The notes: generated by a model from the letters alone, not told the origin. DNA of 61,869 nucleotides, filler included, from Parachlamydiales bacterium (GCA_020051075.1; 4 parts of 4 records of this genome joined end to end with filler, not necessarily neighbours in it), one strand, 5' to 3'; counted from the first letter of the whole stretch, positions 18,437-28,537 are shown. Program-made: numbers and translations.

Positions 18437-20032
18437 CTATAGCTGCCTGAATAGACAGCTGATTGTGTAAGTTAACTCGTCAATTTCAGCTTGATAAAGC
18501 TTTCTCATCTGATCAAACTGACTGCTCAATTTCAACAGATCCCGCAGCAGGAAGGTTTCATGGGCAGATAGGTCGGTAAATGTGTTTTCTTCTTGTTCTT
18601 TTTCCCATCCCAGAATGCGTTCTTGAAGATGGAAGAGTTCTCGCCTGGTGGCGTTAAGAACTTCAGATTTTTCATTAAACTGTTCCCGGAGCTGAAGATA
18701 CTTGGCTTCAAAGTTATTTGCTGGTTTCTCTCTTGGGATTGTCGCTAGCTTCTGTTCATATTCCCTTTGCAGGGCAATTTGATGTTCAGCCTGCTGTGCC
18801 AGCTTCTGTTCAAACTCTTTCTGCACACTCAGTTGATGTTCGCTCTGTTGAGCGAGCTGCTTTTTATATTCCGTTTGCAGAGTCAGTTGTTGTTCAGCAT
18901 GCACAGCCAACTGCTCTTCGTACTGATGTTTCAGGAGAAGCAGCTCCTCAGTGCGTTGCTGAAGTTGCATCTCAGTTGACGACAATTTCTCATCGAGCTT
19001 TTTATGACTCTCAGCAAAAGAGTTGAATTGATCCTTACATTCGTTAAGTTCTTCTCTAAGGATTTTTTCTTGTTGAGCGATCTGTTCTTTTTCTTCTGTG
19101 AGTTCGAAATAAGAATCTTCTAGCTCTTTCAAACGGCTTTGCATCCCATTCAGATGCTTACGATCTTCCTCTTGCCTTGCTGCCAAACCCTGCTCTCTTT
19201 CTTGACTATGCTGCAGTTCATGCGCCAGGCAAATTTTTTCTTTCTCGCTCGCTTGCCATTCAGTTTCAAGTTCCGCTATTTTTGTTTCTAGCGCCGCTTT
19301 GTCACGTTTAAGGGCCTCATGTTCTTCTTCTGCTGAAGCTAAGGAGGCTGTTAAATATTCGATCTGTTGCTCGGAATCGGTATCGAGAAATCCTTGGATG
19401 GTCAGTTCTGTCTCTTCAACTCTTTCGTTGAGCTGAGCGATCTGCTGCTTTTTGTATGTGAGGTCTTGGAGAAGCTGCTCATGGTGCGTTCGAATTAAGA
19501 CAAGCTCATCTTTAGCGAGCTGTGCTAATTTATAGAATGTCTGTTTTTCTTCTTGAACTTTGGCGATGTCAGCAGAAAGGGCTTTGAGATTAGTGGCAAG
19601 AGCATCCTTTGCTTCTTCCCAAACGGCTTCTGCTTCCTTCCATTTCTGATCGAGCTTGATGAAGTTTTCCAAGCGGCTGTCGGATTCGAGTTGAAGTTTC
19701 TGGAGGAGCCCTTGAGCTTCTTCTAAAGAGAGCGTCAAAATGATGAATGAAAAAGCCATGGCTAAAGAGAGTCCGATATGCCAGTAGCGTTCCCCTAATT
19801 CGAGGTCCTGATAGTTTGAAAGAAGAAGGATGGAAAGGAGAACTAAAGAAGCTGCCATCCCCTTCATTTGCCATTTTACGCAGAGTGGAATACCCACAAG
19901 AGCGCTTAAAGGGATGTACCAATGGTCGGAAACCTTAAAGAGGAGAATAGCAATCGACAAAAGGACAACAAAAGGGCCTAACAATGCCCAAAATTGTACT
20001 TGGTTTTCAACTTTTCTTTCAGCAACTTCCAC
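18437..20032 (-). CDS. Membrane-anchored long coiled-coil protein
   Basis: About four N-terminal hydrophobic segments followed by a long Glu/Gln/Lys heptad-rich region. Confidence 0.8.
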   Translation of the reverse strand: MEVAERKVENQVQFWALLGPFVVLLSIAILLFKVSDHWYIPLSALVGIPLCVKWQMKGMAASLVLLSILLLSNYQDLELGERYWHIGLSLAMAFSFIILTLSLEEAQGLLQKLQLESDSRLENFIKLDQKWKEAEAVWEEAKDALATNLKALSADIAKVQEEKQTFYKLAQLAKDELVLIRTHHEQLLQDLTYKKQQIAQLNERVEETELTIQGFLDTDSEQQIEYLTASLASAEEEHEALKRDKAALETKIAELETEWQASEKEKICLAHELQHSQEREQGLAARQEEDRKHLNGMQSRLKELEDSYFELTEEKEQIAQQEKILREELNECKDQFNSFAESHKKLDEKLSSTEMQLQQRTEELLLLKHQYEEQLAVHAEQQLTLQTEYKKQLAQQSEHQLSVQKEFEQKLAQQAEHQIALQREYEQKLATIPREKPANNFEAKYLQLREQFNEKSEVLNATRRELFHLQERILGWEKEQEENTFTDLSAHETFLLRDLLKLSSQFDQMRKLYQAEIDELTYTISCLFRQL

Positions 20033-20311
20033 GGCAATTAACCTTATTTTCCTATTTCACCATTAGGGAAAGGATTACAATCAAACTCAACTATAATATA
20101 ACGAAAAAGCAAAAAAAACAGAATCATTACTTTCAATGGTAACCGTTCATGGGGGTCCAGACCTTCCAAAATGGTGTTTGAATGGATGAGATGCGAAGAA
20201 ATCAGCGAAATTCATAGTTTTTTTCTATGAATGAGCCGATTTCTGAAGCAGATCGCCATTCAAACCCATTTGGGAAGTGCCTACACCCCCGTGAACGGTT
20301 ACTTTCATATA

Positions 20312-21358
20312 TTAGATGATGAGCATCGCATCTCCGTACGAATAAAAACGGTAACGTTCTTGGACAGCTTTTCGATAGGCTTCTTTGATCAATTCATACC
20401 CTCCCAAAGCACAAACAAGCATGAGGAGGGTTGATCCAGGCAAATGAAAATTCGTGAGCAGTGAGCGGACGTATTTGAATGTATATCCCGGGTGGATGAA
20501 GATATTCGTCTCATATTGACCTGGTGTAATGTGCCCTGCCTGATTCGCTATCGTTTCAAGTGTGCGGCAGCAGGTCGTTCCCACACACACCTGTCTCCGA
20601 TTCTCCGGACGATGATTGAGCTCGTGAGCGGTCTCGGCAGTAATAGAAAACTGTTCCCGATGCATCGCATGGTCTCGAATATCTTCAGTCTGCACAGGTT
20701 TGAATGTTCCTAATCCGACGTGAAGGGTGAGGTAGTGTTGGCTGACTCCTTTTTGCCGCATTTCGTCCATCAATCGATGAGTAAAGTGGAGTCCTGCGGT
20801 CGGTGCTGCGACAGAGCCCAGATGCGCGGCGTAAACAGTCTGATAATGCGCTTCGTCGCCTTCAAAATCATCCTCTCGATGGATGTAATGAGGAAGGGGA
20901 ATTCTTCCGTATCTCTCTAGCGCCTCTTCAAAGATCCCTTCCCATTGGAATTGGACAAGTTTAATGCCATTGAGTAGATCTTCAACGATGTCACAGGAGA
21001 AGTTTTCTCCAAACCGAACGGTGGTTCCTGGTTTGAGCTTTCTCCCCGGACGGGATAATGCTTCCCATGTATTGAGGGAGTGTCTTTTCAAGAGAAATAT
21101 TTCGGTTTGTCCTCCCCCTGGTCGTGTGCCGATCAGGCGGGCAGGGATCACGCGGGTGTCGTTGAATACGAGGCTATCCCCCTTTTGTAAGAAATTGGCC
21201 AGCTCTCGAAAGGGGATTTCAGAGAAAGATTCAGCTTTTCTATCGATAACCATTAATCGGGAACTATCCCTTGGCTGGCAGGGGGTCTGAGCGATGAGCT
21301 CCTGAGGGAGCTCATACTGATAGGCGTCGAGAGAAAATAGATTGACTGTTTCTGCCAT
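20312..21358 (-). CDS. queA: S-adenosylmethionine:tRNA ribosyltransferase-isomerase
   Basis: LPQELIAQ, FNDTRVIPARL, AAPTAGLHF, LHVGLGTF, TNFHLP, FYSYGDAM. Confidence 0.97.
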   Translation of the reverse strand: MAETVNLFSLDAYQYELPQELIAQTPCQPRDSSRLMVIDRKAESFSEIPFRELANFLQKGDSLVFNDTRVIPARLIGTRPGGGQTEIFLLKRHSLNTWEALSRPGRKLKPGTTVRFGENFSCDIVEDLLNGIKLVQFQWEGIFEEALERYGRIPLPHYIHREDDFEGDEAHYQTVYAAHLGSVAAPTAGLHFTHRLMDEMRQKGVSQHYLTLHVGLGTFKPVQTEDIRDHAMHREQFSITAETAHELNHRPENRRQVCVGTTCCRTLETIANQAGHITPGQYETNIFIHPGYTFKYVRSLLTNFHLPGSTLLMLVCALGGYELIKEAYRKAVQERYRFYSYGDAMLII

Positions 21359-21363
21359 CCTTG

Positions 21364-22239
21364 CTACTCAGCTTGCTTCTCATGTTCTAGCAGCATGATC
21401 GTGATGCCAGGAAAAGCTTTATTCAAAATCTGAGCGGCATGATTTCCACCTTTCGCCAGTTCATTCGCCTCATCTAAAGAGATTCTTGACACTTGGCTCT
21501 CTTTTGTTTTTCCTGATGTAAGTTCATCGAATTCGATGGGGAATGGAGTGGCAACGCCTTCATATAATCCTGTGCGGCTGATGACCATGTAGCGTGTCAA
21601 AGCTACAGCATCTTCGATGGCTTGATCTTGAGGATACACCCCTTGATAGCCAATTTTTTGGGCATCAACAGTCCAAAAGTTATTTTTAGGGTGGAGCGTT
21701 TCCAAATAGGCATTCGTTCGTGCAGCAATCGCCAGCGCAGCAAACGTTTCATGCTCTAATTGACGGTTGGTGTAAGGTGAAAGAGAAACTTTGATGTAAT
21801 CTTCAATTGGAATTTCGTTGACGACATAGATTTTTCCTTCGACGCCATAAAAATAGAGATTTCCTGGATAGGCGACGTTGTCGAGCAAAATCTCAGTGGA
21901 TTGATCAATCGGCTCTATTTTGAGTTGGTATAAACCCGGGAAGCTTTCTCCCCATTTCAATCCATCTTCTTTTGCTTCTAAAAAGCGGTTTTTCCCGACT
22001 GGGCGCGCAGTGATATAGGTATTGGTGTGGGGGTTGACGAGGCGGTATTTTCCTCGAACCTCAAGCTGGATGCCGTCTAGGTTCTTCATGAGGAGGATGC
22101 GCATCGTCTGATGAGCAGGTTTTTCTTTGGCTTGCCCCTGCCACAAACCGGTCATTTTGTCCCACCAGTCTGCTCCATGCAGAGGAGTGGCAAAAGGGGA
22201 TAGTGCAACGAATAATGAGAGTAATCTTAGCAACATCAT
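21364..22239 (-). CDS. SpoIID/LytB-domain protein with signal peptide
   Basis: VVNEIPIEDY, ALAIAARTNAY; N-terminal signal peptide. Confidence 0.75.
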   Translation of the reverse strand: MMLLRLLSLFVALSPFATPLHGADWWDKMTGLWQGQAKEKPAHQTMRILLMKNLDGIQLEVRGKYRLVNPHTNTYITARPVGKNRFLEAKEDGLKWGESFPGLYQLKIEPIDQSTEILLDNVAYPGNLYFYGVEGKIYVVNEIPIEDYIKVSLSPYTNRQLEHETFAALAIAARTNAYLETLHPKNNFWTVDAQKIGYQGVYPQDQAIEDAVALTRYMVISRTGLYEGVATPFPIEFDELTSGKTKESQVSRISLDEANELAKGGNHAAQILNKAFPGITIMLLEHEKQAE

Positions 22240-22250
22240 ATTCTCCTTGG

Positions 22251-23258
22251 TTATTGCTCATTTATTATGGGAGTTCTTCCCAAATGTTGATAAGCGAGTA
22301 AGGTGGCTTCTCGTCCGCGAGGCGTCCGTTTAAGCAATCCCTGCATAATTAAATAAGGTTCGTAGGCTTCTTCGATCGTCGAAGGCTCTTCGCCGACCGA
22401 AGCGGCGATTGTGTTAAGGCCTACAGGTCCGCCCTGATAATGGTCGATGAGGATGGTCAGCAGTTTGATGTCCATTTCATCCAGTCCTTTCTTATCGATG
22501 GCGAGCATGTTCAATGCACTGTCGACAACGTTCTGATCGATACAGCTGTTTGTCTTCATCTGAGCATAGTCTCTCACCCATCGGAGGAGGTGGTTAGCAA
22601 TTCGCGGCGTCCCACGAGAGCGCTGGGCGATTTCCATTCCCGTCTTTTTATCGAGAGTGAGGTTGAGGATCCTCGCTGTCCGTTGGATGATCTTCTCTAA
22701 CGTCTCAGGGTCGTAGTAGTCGAGTCTGCAAGTGAAGCCGAAGCGTGTGCGGAGAGGCTCTGAGAGGAGTCCTAGGCGGGTCGTGGCTCCGGCTAGAGTG
22801 AAGCGGTTCAGCGTCACCTGTACACTCCTGGCGTTCGGGCCACTGTCGATCATCAAATCGAGGGCAAAATCTTCCATCGCCTGGTAGAGATATTCTTCTA
22901 CAGAGCGGTTGAGGCGGTGGATCTCATCGATGAATAAGACATCTCCGGTTTTTAAACTTGTCAAGATCCCTGCGAGGTCGCCTGCTTTTTCGATGACAGG
23001 ACCAGAAGAGAGGACTAGGTTGGTTCCCATCGCTTTGGCTAAAATATTAGCTAACGTCGTCTTGCCAAGTCCAGGAGGACCGCTGAATAGGCAGTGAGAG
23101 AGCGTCTCCTCCCTTTGCTTGGCAGCTCCGATCAGCACTTCCAAACGATCCCGAATGGACTCCTGCCCAATAAAGTCGCCTAAACTCTGGGGACGGAGCG
23201 GTACATCAAAAGGCAGATCTTTTTCTTCGATGGAAGATTCAATGAATTTTTTTGACAT
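22251..23258 (-). CDS. ruvB: Holliday junction branch migration helicase RuvB
   Basis: LRPQSL, GPPGLGKTT, FIDEIHRL, RGTPRIANHLL, RTPRGR. Confidence 0.97.
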   Translation of the reverse strand: MSKKFIESSIEEKDLPFDVPLRPQSLGDFIGQESIRDRLEVLIGAAKQREETLSHCLFSGPPGLGKTTLANILAKAMGTNLVLSSGPVIEKAGDLAGILTSLKTGDVLFIDEIHRLNRSVEEYLYQAMEDFALDLMIDSGPNARSVQVTLNRFTLAGATTRLGLLSEPLRTRFGFTCRLDYYDPETLEKIIQRTARILNLTLDKKTGMEIAQRSRGTPRIANHLLRWVRDYAQMKTNSCIDQNVVDSALNMLAIDKKGLDEMDIKLLTILIDHYQGGPVGLNTIAASVGEEPSTIEEAYEPYLIMQGLLKRTPRGREATLLAYQHLGRTPIINEQ

Positions 23259-23323
23259 AATGATGATCCAGAGGTGAGCAGAAAGGATACAATTTCGCCG
23301 AAATTTTTGCTAGTCGTAAATTA

Positions 23324-23529
23324 GCCTCCCGCAAACAGGATTAAAAAAGGGACAAAAACAGGATAGGCAGGATCGCAAGCGGCAGGATAAGCAGGATAAG
23401 ATTAGGATAGATAATGAGATAGATTTTCCTCCATTTTTTTAAGACATTTTTCCTGTCATCATGCTTATCCAGCCGCTTGCGATCCTGCCTATCCTGTTTT
23501 TGCCCCTTTTGTCTCTGTTTGCGGGAGGT
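23324..23529. repeat. Inverted repeat of the AGGAT family (arms of roughly 70 bp)
   Basis: cctcccgcaaacag...aaaaacaggataggcaggatcgcaagcggc pairs with gccgcttgcgatcctgcctatcctgttttt...ctgtttgcgggagg; related units at 17147-17210 and 43345-43380. Confidence 0.8.
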
Positions 23530-23606
23530 AATCGGGCGCGGTTGACTTATGAAATTATCTTTTTAGGCCCCTTGTCCTTCGCTAGATTCTTTTTATTTAT
23601 TTTGTA

Positions 23607-23635
23607 TTTACACAATTAATCCTATTTGTTAGAAT
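23607..23635 (+). promoter_or_regulatory. Putative sigma66 promoter of the translocon cassette
   Basis: TTTACA-N17-TAGAAT. Confidence 0.5.
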
Positions 23636-23689
23636 GAGCCTAATAGAAGTTTTATTGTCTTATTTTAAAGAACTTATAAAGGTGGCACT

Positions 23690-24259
23690 ATGTCAGACAT
23701 TCTTTTAAACAATCATGATACCTCATCAGGAAAACGTCCAAGAGAAACCGACATTGACGATATCGATGCTCTTGAACCAGAAACAAATCGACGTCACATA
23801 GATCTGACGCATGAGATGCAGATGGTTTACATGCAGAAGGCTGACGAAACCAAGGTGAAAATTGACGATTTAGCTGCTCAAATCACCGTCAGAAAAGGTC
23901 GCATGTCTACCATCAATGAGATCATCGCAGCGATCAACAGTGCCACAAGTGAAGAGAATACGCTTGATTTGACCAACCAAGATGAACTCAAAACCAAACT
24001 CAAACGGGCTAAGGAAGAGTTCGGGGTCGATATCCCCAAGCTTGATGATAACAAAGTGACATATTCATCGTTGGAAAAAGATCGGCTTCTTCAAAACCTC
24101 GAACTGGTTTGCGACAGCTGGGATAAAGAAAATCACCCTCAATTATCGAAAATGGAAGTTTATCAAAAAGAACTGGACCGGATCATGAACATGTTGACCT
24201 CAACGCGTAAGGAAGAATCGCAAGCGGGCACTCAAATCTTACGCAACATTAAAGGGTGA
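23690..24259 (+). CDS. Putative T3SS-secreted tip/filament protein (EspA/SseB/Bsp22-like)
   Basis: Helical 189-aa protein ending ELDRIMNMLTSTRKEESQAGTQILRNIKG; first gene of the chaperone-translocator cassette. Confidence 0.5.
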   Translation: MSDILLNNHDTSSGKRPRETDIDDIDALEPETNRRHIDLTHEMQMVYMQKADETKVKIDDLAAQITVRKGRMSTINEIIAAINSATSEENTLDLTNQDELKTKLKRAKEEFGVDIPKLDDNKVTYSSLEKDRLLQNLELVCDSWDKENHPQLSKMEVYQKELDRIMNMLTSTRKEESQAGTQILRNIKG

Positions 24260-24729
24260 TTGGGATGGAACCAAGCGCAAGCGCTGCTGAAGTGGCAGCT
24301 GAATGGGTAGACCTTTTCTGTGGAGAGGGGAATCCATTGACAAAACTCCCTGAAGAGAAAGTTAAAGAGCTCCACGCGATCGCGCATTACCACTATACCA
24401 AGCAGCACTACGCCGAAGCGTCAACCTATTATCGGATCCTCACCATGGTTCGTCCCCTAGAACCAAGATTTTGGAAAGGGCTCGGAGCATGCCAGCAGAT
24501 GAGGCATGACTATCAGTATGCGATCGACTGCTATGCGAGTGCTCAACTGTTAAATGGAGACCAGCTGGATCCTTATCTGTATGTCCATGCTGCCGATTGT
24601 TTTTTGGCTCTTGAACGGAAAGAAGAAGCCCTACAGGTATTAGAGATTGCCCGCCAGTGGGCGTTGAAAGTTAAGGATAAAAAGATATTATCACATACAA
24701 AAATGATGAAATCACTTTGGGTAAATTAA
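24256..24729 (+). CDS. SycD/LcrH-family class II translocator chaperone
   Basis: HAIAHYHYTKQHYAEA, RFWKGLGACQQM, DPYLYVHAADCFL TPR motifs. Confidence 0.88.
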   Translation: MIGMEPSASAAEVAAEWVDLFCGEGNPLTKLPEEKVKELHAIAHYHYTKQHYAEASTYYRILTMVRPLEPRFWKGLGACQQMRHDYQYAIDCYASAQLLNGDQLDPYLYVHAADCFLALERKEEALQVLEIARQWALKVKDKKILSHTKMMKSLWVN

Positions 24730-24770
24730 TACATTATGTTAATATTTCGTAATAAAGAATTAGGTATTTT

Positions 24771-25853
24771 ATGCCAGAAGTCAATCCAATTAGTTCAGTA
24801 AGAGAGACTCTCCCAGGTAAAGATCTATCTGCCATTAATGCCGATCTCTATTCACAAAATTCCTCTGTATCTCCCCCTGAAGAGCATCTGACGATATCAC
24901 CAGAAAACACTAAAACGCTTCTAGACCTCTTTAATAAAGACGTTGTGACTTCGTCCTCAGCAAGATCTTCGAATCAAAGCGACGCTGTCTCAGAGGAGCA
25001 AACATTAGAAGAAGCGACTGCAAATCGCTCTTTCTTAGATAGAATGCTCTCCTGGCTGCCTAGCAAAACGAAAGTGGATCAGCCGGTTCAACAACCGACC
25101 ATCGGCTCTGTCGAATCTCTGAAGAATGAAATGATCAGCGGAACCCCTGTTTTAGAAGCTCCTGAAGGGGTGTTTCTCAATCCTAAGGACGTTGTAAGAA
25201 TTCCTCAAGTCTGCGGACATCAATTGAATCCTGATGAGCCGGTTACTTCTGCGGAAATCTCCGAAGTGATCTCTCAACTCAGCGACAAAACCATTGAAGA
25301 GGTGATGCAAATCGTCATTCGAGGACAGTTGCAGATGGAACAGGAGTTCGCTGAGGTTTCGGAACAGACGTTTGAGAAAAATAAAATTTATGTGAAAATC
25401 CACCAAAAGATGGCTGATGAGATCTACGAAAAGTTGATGACCGATCTCAAGTGGGGCGAGAGATCAAAAACGGTTCAGAGGTATGCCTTCTATGCAGTGG
25501 CAATAGCCAGTATTGCAGGGGTTTTTGTTGGTTATGCGCCTTTAGTCGGACAGTTTCTTGGCCCAGCCGTAGAGTCTGTTTTTAGGTTTATTGCTGGCCC
25601 TGCTTTTCGCTATAGTTCAGCTATAATGATGCTCTTTGCATCTGGAACAACCAAATACATGACCTGGCAAACTAATCTCGACAGCGGCCGCCATCAAGAA
25701 GCCAAGAACACATTAGCCAACTATGACAGAAGGCTCGAGGAGCTACGAGAGAATATAGCGACGTTAGCTGAAGATGACCAAAAGATGAAAGAACAGCTCT
25801 TGAAAGAGATCAAAAGATTGAGAAAAATGTTTAAAATTGTAAATCGTAAATAG
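24771..25853 (+). CDS. Putative major hydrophobic translocator (CopB/SseC-like)
   Basis: Chaperone-binding motif PxLxxP (PVLEAP), long bilobed hydrophobic segment, C-terminal coiled coil, directly after SycD. Confidence 0.65.
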   Translation: MPEVNPISSVRETLPGKDLSAINADLYSQNSSVSPPEEHLTISPENTKTLLDLFNKDVVTSSSARSSNQSDAVSEEQTLEEATANRSFLDRMLSWLPSKTKVDQPVQQPTIGSVESLKNEMISGTPVLEAPEGVFLNPKDVVRIPQVCGHQLNPDEPVTSAEISEVISQLSDKTIEEVMQIVIRGQLQMEQEFAEVSEQTFEKNKIYVKIHQKMADEIYEKLMTDLKWGERSKTVQRYAFYAVAIASIAGVFVGYAPLVGQFLGPAVESVFRFIAGPAFRYSSAIMMLFASGTTKYMTWQTNLDSGRHQEAKNTLANYDRRLEELRENIATLAEDDQKMKEQLLKEIKRLRKMFKIVNRK

Positions 25854-25867
25854 TATATTTGAGGTAT

Positions 25868-26410
25868 ATGATGGGAAATGAAGTCACAGGTTGTGAAATT
25901 GTTAAGAATAGTGCTGAGTATCAGACAGCATTAAATGAAGTCCAAAAGAAAGATATTTTTGCGATATTTTTATATATCCTAGCTGAAGAAGGGAGGATGC
26001 AGCATAGCCGCAAAGTGACGACGGTACAAACGTTGCATCGGTATATCGATGCACAGCAAAATGAAAATGATAAGACTGTTGCTTCGAAAAAAGAGAGCAA
26101 TAAGTGGTTAGACTCCGCAGGAGTTGTTTGCATGTTCTGTTGTGGAATGATGGGTGGTCAAGCGGCTGCACATGGGGGGATGTGGTATGCTGGAAGCCAG
26201 GCTTGCGACAAGGCTTCACAAGCATACTCTACAGCTAACCAGGCGAAGTCGACAGCTTCTGAATTTACACAAAGTCGGTTTGGTCGATCAGTCGACGAAG
26301 TCTCTCAAGCGAAGCAGAGTGCTGATCGAGGATTCAAGGAACACCTTGACACCTTACGACGCATCACCGATGCATACCAACGCGTTGCGGAAGCAGCAGC
26401 AGCGGCATAA
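25868..26410 (+). CDS. Putative minor translocator (CopD/SseD-like)
   Basis: Single Gly/Ala-rich hydrophobic segment and amphipathic helical C-terminus; GAGGT RBS; position in cassette. Confidence 0.55.
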   Translation: MMGNEVTGCEIVKNSAEYQTALNEVQKKDIFAIFLYILAEEGRMQHSRKVTTVQTLHRYIDAQQNENDKTVASKKESNKWLDSAGVVCMFCCGMMGGQAAAHGGMWYAGSQACDKASQAYSTANQAKSTASEFTQSRFGRSVDEVSQAKQSADRGFKEHLDTLRRITDAYQRVAEAAAAA

Positions 26411-26444
26411 ACGTCGATTCGTAAATCAGTGGGAAGTCTTGGCC

Positions 26445-26897
26445 ACGCGAAGCGTTTGGATTGCGAAAGTCCTTTGAGTTAAGTTCAAACACTATTCGTG
26501 TAGCTAAAATTTCTCTCTGATTTCGCGAAGCGTTTGGAGTGCGAAAGTCCTCTTTCGCTTTTTGGAGGATAGTTACAGCAAGATGCGCGTCTCCAATATC
26601 TCTTGAAGCCTTCGCGAAGCNNNNNNNNNNNNNNNNNNNNNNNNNNNNNNNNNNNNNNNNNNNNTTAATTAATTAANNNNNNNNNNNNNNNNNNNNNNNN
26701 NNNNNNNNNNNNNNNNNNNNCACTCCAAACGCTTCGCGTATTCAAGACGATTTGTTGGATACGCGAAGCGTTTGGAGTGCGGAAGTCCTCTTCCGCTTTT
26801 GCAATGAATCATTTTGCCAAGTACCTGTGCGCAATTAAGAGATGTTTTTGGCGATAGCTCACGAGACTGGTTTAGTCACGACTTCTGCAATTACCTC
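26445..26897. repeat. Cluster of CGCGAAGCGTTTGGAGTGCG-family palindromes on both sides of the gap, ending in ACTTCTGCAATTACCTC
   Basis: Units at about 26445, 26524, 26721-26800; terminus is the exact reverse complement of 49650-49666. Confidence 0.8.
26621..26720. other. Artificial contig linker (N-run with TTAATTAATTAA)
   Basis: 100-bp N block with a central all-frame stop sequence; identical at three places. Confidence 0.95.
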
Positions 26898-26929
26898 TTT
26901 TGGTTTCTTGTCCCTTTTTTACACAGCCC

Positions 26930-28537
26930 CTATTCTTCGGAAATATTAGCAATGAACAACTGATTAAATTGCTTCACAACTTCTTTAGGATCCATATGTG
27001 CGAGCTGTTGGATTTGGAGGACTATATGGTGGTTAGCAGGATCTTTTGTAAATTGGTTAATCAGCGCAGTGATTTGATCAGCTTCAGATAGATTTGTTGG
27101 TTCTTTGGGTCGAGTGATTGTGGTTGTGCTAGGTTTTCGTGTAACTTTGCCCGTTTGCATCTCTTTGCGTTCGTCTATCAATTTTCTACATGTATCGATG
27201 TATAACTCTTTTTGCTTCACCAAATCACCGATATCATTAATAGAGCGATTTTTGAAAGATTCTTCAATGGCTTTGTACTCTTGGTCCATGTCTTCCAATT
27301 GCTGCTGGTATTTTGTAGCCTTAGCTTCACATATTGTTATCACTCCACGGTATATTTCAAGCATTGAGGTTATAGTGAATTGCCTATGACTTGAATTGAG
27401 AGAGGGGCTGGATGACGATTGTGATAAGCCTGGAGCAAAACGTTCCACTAGTAGTTTTGAAATACTTGCTTTGCTAAGACGGATAGGATGGTGAACTCCG
27501 CTCCAATTACTGTTTAGTGGAATAGGAGAAGATGGGGGAGTTAAAACAGTTGGGTCACTTGGTGGATTTTGAGTCGATGGAAATACTGTTGGAGTGGGCA
27601 ACTCTTGGTTTTTTTGATCGGGATACTTTTTCTTAAATCCTGCTTCCGTAATAAATGGCATCTTAGAGGCAGTTTGACCGGATTTGCCAACTTTAAGAAA
27701 GATCACATCTTCGCTAGCCTGCGATGATAATGCTTTTATGCCTTTTTCCGATTTGACAATTTTTTGCTGATTGTTGATAATTTTTTCATTAATATGATTT
27801 ATTTGTGTTTGGATTTGTTCTAGCTTAACGCTATCTGCTTTTATCTTGCCCCAAAACTCTGTCATTGCTGTGATATAGGATTCGAATGCAATCACCTCTT
27901 CAGGAGTGGGGAGTCTATCGGTAGGAATTGGCACCAGAGCTGGTTCATCATCTAGGACAGGGGAAGGATTAGGCCTCAAAGGTCTATATGAAGGTTTTGC
28001 TGTGGAAGAACCGGATAGCAACGATAGAGGAGGAGGAGGCGGCGGAGGAGGCGGTGCAGGCGGGATGCCATTTGGTCCTGGGCTAAGCTGTGGTTTTAGA
28101 GATGCATTGGATGAAGTCGAGCGTGGAGCGGTATGAACATGAGAAGTGTTAAGTTCAGTAAGAAGGGTACTGTGCAATTGGGTTAAGGCTTGATATTCAT
28201 TCGTTAATTGCTGTCTGCGATTTTTATTAAAGAATAGGAGGATGAAAGCGAACAAACCGGTTGTTCTCGCATTGATTCGGCTCATTCTGTTAGAAACGAT
28301 GCGATTTAATGAGCTTAACTGGTCTTGAGTGAATTGAGTTCGATTTTCGGAAATGAAAGAATTTATTTTTCTGAAAACAGCGTCGGAAGAAGAGGTGTAT
28401 GTCTGATCCAATTTCGCATGATACGCCTTAGCTTCAAAAACTTCTTCACTCCCATTGTTTTTTATAACGATGCGGTTGTTTTGCACATAGGCATCAATAA
28501 TCTGATTTAATGCTGCTGAGTGTTCTACTACTACCAT
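26930..28537 (-). CDS. Proline-rich coiled-coil hypothetical protein; effector candidate
   Basis: PPAPPPPPPPPP tract, second Pro/Ser-rich region, coiled coils, one short hydrophobic stretch. Confidence 0.7.
   Translation of the reverse strand: MVVVEHSAALNQIIDAYVQNNRIVIKNNGSEEVFEAKAYHAKLDQTYTSSSDAVFRKINSFISENRTQFTQDQLSSLNRIVSNRMSRINARTTGLFAFILLFFNKNRRQQLTNEYQALTQLHSTLLTELNTSHVHTAPRSTSSNASLKPQLSPGPNGIPPAPPPPPPPPPLSLLSGSSTAKPSYRPLRPNPSPVLDDEPALVPIPTDRLPTPEEVIAFESYITAMTEFWGKIKADSVKLEQIQTQINHINEKIINNQQKIVKSEKGIKALSSQASEDVIFLKVGKSGQTASKMPFITEAGFKKKYPDQKNQELPTPTVFPSTQNPPSDPTVLTPPSSPIPLNSNWSGVHHPIRLSKASISKLLVERFAPGLSQSSSSPSLNSSHRQFTITSMLEIYRGVITICEAKATKYQQQLEDMDQEYKAIEESFKNRSINDIGDLVKQKELYIDTCRKLIDERKEMQTGKVTRKPSTTTITRPKEPTNLSEADQITALINQFTKDPANHHIVLQIQQLAHMDPKEVVKQFNQLFIANISEE

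Noticed and set aside
24717..24744. dif-like site (TTATGTTAAT)
   Set aside because: Only a partial XerD-arm match in AT-rich sequence; no recognisable XerC arm
26665..26676. TTAATTAATTAA palindrome repeated three times in the window
   Set aside because: Always centred in 100-bp N blocks; an artificial all-frame-stop contig linker
26445..26800. Repeated CGCGAAGCGTTTGGAGTGCG units as a CRISPR array
   Set aside because: Mixed orientations, irregular spacing and dispersed copies fit REP/MITE elements
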